Positions 56,381-64,000 of a stretch of 64,000 bases of DNA are shown here, piece by piece; within the stretch, counting starts at the first letter, position 1; every line of letters begins with the position of its first letter. Under the pieces are notes generated by a model that searched no databases, was not told the DNA's origin, and saw only the letters and a list, made by a program, of their open reading frames with translations. The stretch is taken from contig CAINUM010000063.1 of assembly GCA_903853785.1 (NCBI GenBank), forward strand, positions 2,974 to 66,973, read 5' to 3'. This DNA comes from Candidatus Magasanikiibacteriota bacterium. GTDB taxonomy: Bacteria > Patescibacteriota > Patescibacteriia > Magasanikbacterales > GWA2-37-8. Both the position numbers and the translations under genes were made by a program.

Positions 56381-57427
56381 ATGCAATCAAAACTTGAACA
56401 ATTAAAATCGGAAGCATTGTTAGCGCTAAAGTCTGTTAAAGACAAAGCTCAATTAGAAGAATTGGAGAATAAATTTTTTGGTCGCAAAAATGGTGAATTG
56501 ACCAATATTATGAAAGGCCTAAAAGATTTAGCCGATGATGCTCGTAAAGTGGTTGGTCAAGTTGCCAATGACGTAAAGATAGAAATTGAAAATGCATTAC
56601 AGTCAAAGAAAAAAGAATTATCTCAAGCGGATTGGCAAGCAAATTTGGAAAAAGAAAGATTGGATACCACTCAACCAGTATTGCCAAAAAATGAACGTGG
56701 TCATTTTCATCCAAACACGATTGTACAAAATGATTTAGAAGAACTTTTTACTTCAATGGGTTTTATGACCCTCGACGGATCTGAACTTGAAAGTGATTAT
56801 TACAACTTCTCTGCTTTAAATATACCGGAAACCCATCCTGCTCGCGATATGCAAGACACTTTTTATGTAAAAGGTCATGGGGTAGATTCAAATGTTCCAT
56901 GGGTAATGCGCACTCAGACATCTGCGATGCAAGTTCGGGCTATGCAAAAATATGGAGCTCCGGTTCGTGCGATTGTGCCAGGAAAATGTTTCCGCAACGA
57001 GGCGACCGATGTCCGTCATGAACATACATTTTATCAACTAGAAGGTTTTGTGGTGGGGGAAAATATTACTTTTGCTCATCTAAAAGGGGTGCTTGAAACA
57101 GTGGCTAAGCATTTGTATGGTGAAGAAACACAGGTGCGTCTGCGTCCAAAATATTATCCGTTTGTAGAGCCTGGTGTTAATGGTGAAGTTACCTGTTTTT
57201 TGTGTAAAGGTGAAGGTTGTCGAGTCTGTAAAAATACTGGTTGGTTGGAAATTTTTGGAGCAGGTATGATTCATCCAAATGTGTTAAAAGAAGGAAATAT
57301 CGATTCGACAAAAAATCAAGGATTTGCCTTTGGGTTTGGTTTAACCCGTTTGGTGATGCTTAAATATGGTATTGAGGATATTCGCCATCTCGAAAGTGGT
57401 GATTTGAAATTTCTTAAACAGTTTTAA
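56381..57427 (+). CDS. pheS: Phenylalanine-tRNA ligase alpha subunit
   Basis: HPARDMQDTFY, RTQTS, FRNE, YPFVEP, GFAFGFG; start moved to ATG 56381. Confidence 0.98.
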   Translation: MQSKLEQLKSEALLALKSVKDKAQLEELENKFFGRKNGELTNIMKGLKDLADDARKVVGQVANDVKIEIENALQSKKKELSQADWQANLEKERLDTTQPVLPKNERGHFHPNTIVQNDLEELFTSMGFMTLDGSELESDYYNFSALNIPETHPARDMQDTFYVKGHGVDSNVPWVMRTQTSAMQVRAMQKYGAPVRAIVPGKCFRNEATDVRHEHTFYQLEGFVVGENITFAHLKGVLETVAKHLYGEETQVRLRPKYYPFVEPGVNGEVTCFLCKGEGCRVCKNTGWLEIFGAGMIHPNVLKEGNIDSTKNQGFAFGFGLTRLVMLKYGIEDIRHLESGDLKFLKQF

Positions 57428-57428
57428 T

Positions 57429-59867
57429 ATGTTGATATCCTATAATTGGTTAAAAAAATACGTAAGTCCATTGGTAGTAGACGCTAAAGAAGTGGCCGAA
57501 AAATTGAAAGCGTCTACCGTTGAAGTTGAGAATTTGCAAGATCAAGGTGAATTGTTGCAAAATATTGTAATTGGAAAGGTTACTAGCGAAATCAAGCATC
57601 CTAATGCTGATAAGTTGAAATTGTGTAAAGTGGATGTTGGTAATGAAGAATTACAAATTGTATGTGGTGGTAGTAATGTACGCGAAGGTATGTTGGTTGC
57701 AGTTGCGAAAGTTGGGGCCAAAGTACAGTGGCACGGTGAAGATAAGTTGACTGAGCTAAAACCAACTAAAATTCGCGGTGAAGATTCTTACGGTATGATT
57801 TGCGCCTCTACGGAAATTGGCTTAGGAGAATTATTTCCAACAAAAGACGAAAAAGAGATTTTAGATTTGACTGAAAAAAATTATAAAATAGGCCTGCCAA
57901 TCGCTGAAGTTTTAGGTTTAAATGATTGGGTTTTTGAAATTGATAATAAGTCACTATCTAATCGTGGCGATCTTTGGGGTCATTATGGTATGGCACGTGA
58001 AGTGGCGGTGCTGTACAGTCGTGATTTGCAAAAATATGAAACTAAAAAAATAACACCAGGAAAAGATTTTAAATTAGAGGTTGAAGTGGTTGAACCAAAA
58101 TTGTGTTCACGATATATGGCAGTGGCGATGTCTGGTATTAAAGTAGGACCATCTCCAGTTTGGTTACAAGAAAAACTGATGACTTTGGGACATCATCCGA
58201 TTAATAACATTGTTGATATTACAAATTATATAATGTTGGATTTGGGACAGCCGATGCATGCTTTTGACGCAACCAAAGTTGAAGAAAAAATTTCTATTCG
58301 TTTGGCTAAGATAGGAGAAAAAATTGTGGCATTAGATAAAAATGAATACGAGTTGAATGAACATGATTTAGTAATTGCTGATAATAAAAAAGCTTTAGCA
58401 ATTGCTGGGGTCATGGGAGGTAAGGTGAGTTCTATTGATGATGGGACCACCAGTATTATTTTTGAATCAGCCAATTTCAATCCTATTAGCGTTCGCAAAA
58501 CATCTACTCATTTGAATTTACGAAGTGATTCCTCGGTGCGTTTTGAAAAAAGTTTAGATCCAAATATGTGTGAAATGGCTTTGCAAAAAGCAGTCGAGCT
58601 GGTTTTGGAATGTAGTCCTGAAGCTAAGGTTTCAAGTAAAGTGGTGGATGAAAAAAACTTTGCTTTAACAGTTGGTCCAATAGAAATTCCATTTAGCATT
58701 TTTGAAAAAAAATTAGGAGTAATAATACCAGAAAAAGATATCATAAACATCTTTGAACGTTTGGGTTTTGTGGTAAAATCAAAGAAAGCAAATCTCTCAA
58801 TAATAATTCCTACTTGGCGTGCTGTAAAGGACATTTCCATTGCTGAAGATTTAGTAGAAGAGGTGGCTCGTTTTTTTGGATATAACAATATTGCATCAGC
58901 ATTGCCAGGTTTAGAAAATAAACCACCACAAATAAATCGTTTACGAAATCTAGAAAAAAATATTACTTCAATATTGGTGAAAGAACTTGGTTATAATGAG
59001 GTTTACAATTACTCTTTTGTAGGTCAGGATCAAATCAACAAACTTGGAGATGGAATTGAAAAATATTTAGAATTAGATAATCCACTCTCTAAAGAGCGTC
59101 CATTTTTAAGAAGAAATCTTTTGCCAAATTTGTTAGAAAATGTAAAAAATAACATTGAAAATTATCCGGTAGTAAAAATATTTGAAATTGGTAAAGTGTT
59201 TTCCACTCATCAGGCTGGAGCACGTGTTGATAATAACGGGGATATTTTATTACCAAAACAAGATACTTGGTTGGCAGCTTTGTATGCAGCAAAAAAAGAT
59301 GAAGCCCCTTATTGGCAGGTTCGCAAGGCTTTAGAAAGCATTTTTGCTGAGTTGCATTTGGCAATCGAAATTTTACCAGCCGACAAAATTCAAACTTGGG
59401 AGCACCCAACTAGACTTGCGTTAGTTTCTACTTTTGGAAAAACAGTTGGAATAATTTGTGAAATAAACCCATTAGTATCACAAGGATTGGGTATCGAACA
59501 ACGAGTTGGTGTCTTGCAAATAAATTTGATAACGTTGTCTGATTTATTGGAAAATAAAAAAATTCTTTCTAGTTACCACCCCGCTTCTGGTTATCCAGAA
59601 GTTGTGCGAGATTTAGCTTTTTTAGTAAAAAAAGAAGTAGAACATGCAGATATATTAGCGGTTTTAAATTCAGCCGACCCCTTAATTGCAAAAGTAGAGT
59701 TATTTGATGTCTACGAAGGTGTTAATATTGGTGAGGGCTACAAGAGCGTGGGTTACGGATTTATATTTTCTGATCCTGAGAGGACATTAACAACAGTGGA
59801 GGTTGATTTGATAATGAAAAAAATAATAATTTTACTAGAAAAGCAATTCAAAGCAGAAATGAGATAG
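57429..59867 (+). CDS. pheT: Phenylalanine-tRNA ligase beta subunit
   Basis: HPNADKL, NRGD, INNIVDITNY, GQPMHAFD, DLVEEVAR, RDLAF, LFDVYEG. Confidence 0.98.
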   Translation: MLISYNWLKKYVSPLVVDAKEVAEKLKASTVEVENLQDQGELLQNIVIGKVTSEIKHPNADKLKLCKVDVGNEELQIVCGGSNVREGMLVAVAKVGAKVQWHGEDKLTELKPTKIRGEDSYGMICASTEIGLGELFPTKDEKEILDLTEKNYKIGLPIAEVLGLNDWVFEIDNKSLSNRGDLWGHYGMAREVAVLYSRDLQKYETKKITPGKDFKLEVEVVEPKLCSRYMAVAMSGIKVGPSPVWLQEKLMTLGHHPINNIVDITNYIMLDLGQPMHAFDATKVEEKISIRLAKIGEKIVALDKNEYELNEHDLVIADNKKALAIAGVMGGKVSSIDDGTTSIIFESANFNPISVRKTSTHLNLRSDSSVRFEKSLDPNMCEMALQKAVELVLECSPEAKVSSKVVDEKNFALTVGPIEIPFSIFEKKLGVIIPEKDIINIFERLGFVVKSKKANLSIIIPTWRAVKDISIAEDLVEEVARFFGYNNIASALPGLENKPPQINRLRNLEKNITSILVKELGYNEVYNYSFVGQDQINKLGDGIEKYLELDNPLSKERPFLRRNLLPNLLENVKNNIENYPVVKIFEIGKVFSTHQAGARVDNNGDILLPKQDTWLAALYAAKKDEAPYWQVRKALESIFAELHLAIEILPADKIQTWEHPTRLALVSTFGKTVGIICEINPLVSQGLGIEQRVGVLQINLITLSDLLENKKILSSYHPASGYPEVVRDLAFLVKKEVEHADILAVLNSADPLIAKVELFDVYEGVNIGEGYKSVGYGFIFSDPERTLTTVEVDLIMKKIIILLEKQFKAEMR

Positions 59868-59920
59868 TCACTTTTTATTTTTTGTGGTATAATATATTTA
59901 TAATTTTTTAAGAGGGAAAT

Positions 59921-60307
59921 ATGTTTACTAATTCAAAAGATATTTTATTTTTGATAATATCGTTCTGTATTTTGTGGGTTACGTTTTTCTTGTGTTGGAT
60001 GTTTTATTATTTGATGAGGTTGTTGCGCAATGCCAATCAGATAGTAGAAGAGTTTAGAGTGAGACTACAAGCTTTGACTGAGGCGATCGGATACATTCGC
60101 GGCAAGGTAGAGCATATGTCTGGTCTGTTAACATTATTAACGGACGGTGCCTCTGGATTGTTGCAAAAAGTTATTGCCAAGAAAACTAGTGAATGGGTTA
60201 ATACAGGTTCAGACAAGATCAATCAAACCGCCAAAGATGCAGTGGCTAAAGCGGTGTCAGAGACGGCTAAAAAAATGAAGAAAGCAACTAAGGCGATTAA
60301 AAAATAA
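59921..60307 (+). CDS. Single-TM coiled-coil protein
   Basis: N-terminal TM followed by amphipathic helices. Confidence 0.75.
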   Translation: MFTNSKDILFLIISFCILWVTFFLCWMFYYLMRLLRNANQIVEEFRVRLQALTEAIGYIRGKVEHMSGLLTLLTDGASGLLQKVIAKKTSEWVNTGSDKINQTAKDAVAKAVSETAKKMKKATKAIKK

Positions 60308-60402
60308 ATTTTATTATTTTATCAAAGAGGCCAATTCGTGGCCTCTTTTTTTGACTATCAATAACTTATCGAGTATTATTAACTCATAAATATTTTAATT
60401 TT

Positions 60403-61383
60403 ATGAATAGTGAAAATAAGTTTACACCGTCAGATAAGGGGATTTTGGACAGAAGACAAAGTAAAGTTTCTTCTGATTCTTTTGCAGTTAAAAGAGATAG
60501 TCTAGCAAAAAAAGTTGTTGGTAATTTTATTGGAGATAACGACAGCGACTCACTATACAATAGTCTTTCAGGAAAAAGTGGACAACGTCAGCGTGAAAAA
60601 TTTGAATCAATTGTTAAAATTGCTGAAAGAGTTTGGCTACCAGAATTCAAAAATTCATTTTCAGAAAAATTAGACATATTGAGACAGAACGGTGATTTAA
60701 ACATATCACCGGAAGAGGTTAAAAAACGATTGTCCGATGTACAAATATTTTTCTTTGATAAAGGTACTAAAGCCGGAGAAAAAGTAGATGCTAAAGGAGC
60801 AAATTCACGTTATTCTACGGTTCACATTGAGATTGATACCAACTTTAATGGAGATGAAAACGAGTTTTTAGCAGATCTTCAGCACACATTTAATCATGAG
60901 ATGCTCCACGCAATTTCCGGTTCCTTGTTTTTGACGACTCCAAGGCATTTGGGTGTTTTTAATACCGATAAATACAGGAGAGGGCTTGTGTTTGGTCCTA
61001 CCATCATGGGTGATGATATAGAAAGATTTTCATGGTTAAATGAAGCGGTCACAGAAACTTTGGCTTTGGAAATGGATGAAAATAAGGATACTGACTTTTT
61101 ATCATACAAGAACGAAAGATTATTGTTATCACTGTTGATCAACGGGCCTGTAGGAGGTAGCGAACAAAAAATTGATAAAAAGAAGTTTTATCACGCATAT
61201 TTTGAAAGTTATCAAGAAAAAGATTCGGCCGAAAATAGATTGAAGTACTGGAAAGAGCTAATACACTCAATAAACTCAGCCTTCTACCCTGGTTTTTTAT
61301 TAAAGCTAGATAAACTAATAAAAGAAAAAGGGGTTGGATATATGGTGAGTAATTTTCAACACATTTGCGAAAATAAAATATAA
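60403..61383 (+). CDS. Putative gluzincin-like zinc metallopeptidase
   Basis: HEMLH (HExxH) and downstream WLNEAVTE; no signal peptide. Confidence 0.72.
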   Translation: MNSENKFTPSDKGILDRRQSKVSSDSFAVKRDSLAKKVVGNFIGDNDSDSLYNSLSGKSGQRQREKFESIVKIAERVWLPEFKNSFSEKLDILRQNGDLNISPEEVKKRLSDVQIFFFDKGTKAGEKVDAKGANSRYSTVHIEIDTNFNGDENEFLADLQHTFNHEMLHAISGSLFLTTPRHLGVFNTDKYRRGLVFGPTIMGDDIERFSWLNEAVTETLALEMDENKDTDFLSYKNERLLLSLLINGPVGGSEQKIDKKKFYHAYFESYQEKDSAENRLKYWKELIHSINSAFYPGFLLKLDKLIKEKGVGYMVSNFQHICENKI

Positions 61384-61389
61384 ATTAAA

Positions 61390-61426
61390 CAAAAAACCCT
61401 CGATTAATAGTCAAGGGTTTTTTGTT
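61390..61426. terminator. Bidirectional terminator between convergent genes
   Basis: CAAAAAACCCTCGATTA...TAGTCAAGGGTTTTTTG. Confidence 0.75.
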
Positions 61427-61429
61427 TAA

Positions 61430-62122
61430 TTATTTACCTAATTGCATTTCATCTTCCCACCTTGCCCCAACAAATATCATTAAGGCTAATAATAATCCAA
61501 AATGACAAAGAACTGAAGGAAACTGAACATTTAGTGCTGGAAACATTACTGTTAAAATAAAAGTTGGAAATGACATGAGAAAAACAGCGGTAGGAAAAGC
61601 TAATAAAGCCTTTTGTTTTCTTTGATTTTTTTCTTTCATGTAGGCGCGGATTCCAATAATACAAGCAATCAAGATAAAACTAAAATAGTAAGCACTATAT
61701 ATGCCAAATCGAACAGACGAAAAAGGCGAAATCACATTAGAGAAAATGTTGCGGGCAGTTACAAAAATATCATGACATTTTCCTTCTATTACAAATTTTT
61801 CTGCCATTCCCGCACCAATTATATATATTGTAGGAATAATATATATCCAGAAAAGATTAAATTTAATTTTGAAATAATATAAGGTAGTGTGGAGTCCGAT
61901 GGCCGGCAAAACACTGTAAGCCATAAAACCGATACGCATCCACAGATCAGCCTGATTGGTTTTACAAAACATGAATTCGGTAAATTGATATAATCCTAAA
62001 AAAAACATCAAAGTACTGGAAAAAAAACGCGTACGATTTTTCGGATATTTAAATGGGATAATGACTCCTAGTGTCCATTCAACAAGTGCTGTGGTTATAG
62101 ATACGGTCGGATTGTAACACAT
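61430..62122 (-). CDS. Polytopic (about 7-TM) membrane protein
   Basis: MCYNPTVS start, alternating hydrophobic helices, 'YQFTEF', 'PSVLC'. Confidence 0.75.
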   Translation of the reverse strand: MCYNPTVSITTALVEWTLGVIIPFKYPKNRTRFFSSTLMFFLGLYQFTEFMFCKTNQADLWMRIGFMAYSVLPAIGLHTTLYYFKIKFNLFWIYIIPTIYIIGAGMAEKFVIEGKCHDIFVTARNIFSNVISPFSSVRFGIYSAYYFSFILIACIIGIRAYMKEKNQRKQKALLAFPTAVFLMSFPTFILTVMFPALNVQFPSVLCHFGLLLALMIFVGARWEDEMQLGK

Positions 62123-62245
62123 AAAAAAGATAATTAAATTTACTGAAGTATACTCCTACTTATGCGGTTATGCTAATTTTGACGGTGGATAGATTATGGG
62201 GTATTATTAATCCATACTGATTTACTCACTATTAAAATATAGTAT

Positions 62246-63472
62246 ATGCAAAATCCTTTTGAAAATGCGTTAGTTCAACTTGAGAAGGCAGCCAAGATAA
62301 TGGACTTAGATGAAAATATTTATGAAATACTAAAACAGCCAGATCGTGTGTTGATGGTATCAGTGCCAGTAAAAATGGATAGTGGTGAGGTGAAAGTATT
62401 TTCCGGATTTAGATCTCAATATAATAATGCCATGGGGCCATACAAAGGTGGTATTCGTTATCATGAAAATGTTTCGCTTGATGAAGTGCGCGCTTTATCC
62501 TTTTGGATGATGATAAAATGTGCGACTGTAAATATTCCAATGGGTGGAGGTAAAGGTGGTATTATTGTTGATTCCAAAAAATTATCAATAGGGGAATTAG
62601 AAAGATTGTCTCGTGGCTATATTCAAAAAATTTGGAGAGAGATCGGATCAGACAAAGATGTTCCAGCTCCTGATATGTACACTACACCACAAATTATGGG
62701 GTGGATGCGTGATGAGTATGAAAAATTACTTGGCCATGCAGATCCGGGAGTGATCACCGGCAAAGCTATCGCCGATGGTGGAAGCGAAGGTCGTGAAACG
62801 GCTACCGCTCAGGGTGGTGTATATGTTGTACGTGAATTGGCCAAAAAATTAAATTTGCAACCAGGTGAAACAAAAGTAGCAATTCAAGGCATGGGAAATG
62901 TCGGTGGCTTTATGGCCAAACTTCTTAGTGCAGATGGGTATAAGATTGTGGCTATTAGTGACAGTAAAGGTGGTATATATAAGGAAGACGGATTGGATAT
63001 GGGAGCAGTCTTTGAATTTAAAAAGCAAACAGGCTCGTTATCAGGTTTCGTTGGTGCACAAAATGTTTCAAACGAAGAGTTGTTGGAATTAAACGCAGAA
63101 ATATTGGTACCGTCAGCGATGGAAAACCAAATTACTGTTTTGAATGCGAAAAATATTAAAGCCAAAATTGTGGTGGAAATGGCTAATGGTCCAACTACCC
63201 CAGAAGCCGATGAAATTTTAGCGGAACACAATGTTATCGTTGTGCCGGATGTATTGGCAAATGCAGGTGGGGTGACTGTGAGTTGCTTTGAATGGGAGCA
63301 AAACAATAAAAATGAACGCTGGACTGAAGGACAAGTATTTGCTAAATTGGAACCAATGATGGTGCAGGCATTTGGTGAAGTATGGGAGACAAAAGAAAGA
63401 TATAATATTACAATGCGCGCTGCCGCTTTTGTTAAAGCGATAGAGCGGGTGGCTAGTAAAATTAAAATATGA
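62246..63472 (+). CDS. gdhA: Glutamate dehydrogenase (Glu/Leu/Phe/Val family)
   Basis: GPYKGGIRY, GGGKGG, DVPAPD, QGMGNVG, EMANGPTT, ANAGGV. Confidence 0.93.
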   Translation: MQNPFENALVQLEKAAKIMDLDENIYEILKQPDRVLMVSVPVKMDSGEVKVFSGFRSQYNNAMGPYKGGIRYHENVSLDEVRALSFWMMIKCATVNIPMGGGKGGIIVDSKKLSIGELERLSRGYIQKIWREIGSDKDVPAPDMYTTPQIMGWMRDEYEKLLGHADPGVITGKAIADGGSEGRETATAQGGVYVVRELAKKLNLQPGETKVAIQGMGNVGGFMAKLLSADGYKIVAISDSKGGIYKEDGLDMGAVFEFKKQTGSLSGFVGAQNVSNEELLELNAEILVPSAMENQITVLNAKNIKAKIVVEMANGPTTPEADEILAEHNVIVVPDVLANAGGVTVSCFEWEQNNKNERWTEGQVFAKLEPMMVQAFGEVWETKERYNITMRAAAFVKAIERVASKIKI

Positions 63473-63473
63473 T

Positions 63474-64000
63474 ATGCCGGAATTGCCAGAAGTAGAGACG
63501 ATACGTCGCGATTTGGAAAAAAAGATTGCTGGAGAAAAAATTAAAAATATTGAAATATTGGCAGCTAAAAGTGTACACAATAAATCTTCGGATTTTTTGA
63601 AAGTTTTGGTTGGAAATAAATTTAAACATATTGAGCGTCGCGGTAAATTATTGATGTTTGCCCTAGGAGAGGCTGCTAAATATTCTTATTTACTCGTGCA
63701 TCTGAAAATGACGGGCCAACTTATTTATCGACATAAAAAACAGTTGTTGGCGGGCGGTCATAGTCAAACTGGGATGAATACTACAGTACCAAACAAATTC
63801 ACTCGGGTGGTGTTTAGTTTTGCCGATGGAGGCCAGCTGTTTTTCAATGATCTTCGTCGCTTTGGATATTTGAAATTAGTTTCTAAAGAAGAAAAAGAAA
63901 AGATCGTAACAAATAATTTTGGTATTGAACCTTTGACTCCGGATTATACTTTGGAAGCATTTCAAAAGTTATTTAAAAAACGCCAAACTAATATTAAAGC
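63474..64000 (+). CDS. mutM: Formamidopyrimidine-DNA glycosylase (runs off the right edge)
   Basis: MPELPEVETIRR, RRGK, HLKMTG, DLRRFG, GIEPL. Confidence 0.96.
   Translation, partial: MPELPEVETIRRDLEKKIAGEKIKNIEILAAKSVHNKSSDFLKVLVGNKFKHIERRGKLLMFALGEAAKYSYLLVHLKMTGQLIYRHKKQLLAGGHSQTGMNTTVPNKFTRVVFSFADGGQLFFNDLRRFGYLKLVSKEEKEKIVTNNFGIEPLTPDYTLEAFQKLFKKRQTNIK

Noticed and set aside
19946-63580. Many 60-200 aa ORFs antisense to or overlapping conserved genes
   Set aside because: Shadow ORFs of well-supported genes, with no motifs of their own
1-64000. Alternative genetic code 25 (UGA = Gly)
   Set aside because: Conserved genes are full length under code 11, and gdh ends at TGA immediately before mutM

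Overview
AT-rich chromosomal segment of a Patescibacteria (CPR, Parcubacteria/ABY1-like) bacterium using genetic code 11. The CPR call is inferred from the missing L30 slot in the spc operon, VirB2-like pilin fusions, an ADP-forming acetate-CoA ligase and mostly SD-less start codons. Left arm (minus strand): gatB, a thymidylate operon (dCMP deaminase, P-loop kinase, dut, thyA, GNAT, folA, tmk), a divergent pyruvate kinase/CYTH/NDT-like trio, solo rplA, topA, dprA, pth, der and an LCP protein. Centre (plus strand): a 39-nt tRNA remnant, tRNA-Arg(GCG), two GC-rich small-ORF islands sharing a covarying 3' hairpin, tuf-rpsJ, the S10/spc cluster to secY (no rpmC or rpmD; L23 has a long N-terminal extension), recG, a third GC-rich island and an 803-aa NUDIX + RelA/SpoT-synthetase-like fusion. 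Right arm: a clpC-to-radA operon with two pilin-like/M15 peptidase fusions, DsbA and a CuA cupredoxin, then a phosphohexomutase, acetate-CoA ligase, lemA-htpX, rseP, pheST, gdh and mutM. No CRISPR array, rRNA, transposase or prophage was recognised. Best candidates for undescribed biology: the GC-rich SD-led sORF islands, the NUDIX-RSH fusion, the pilin-peptidase operon and the remodelled L23/L29 exit-tunnel surface. All calls come from motif reading by eye; no searches were run.
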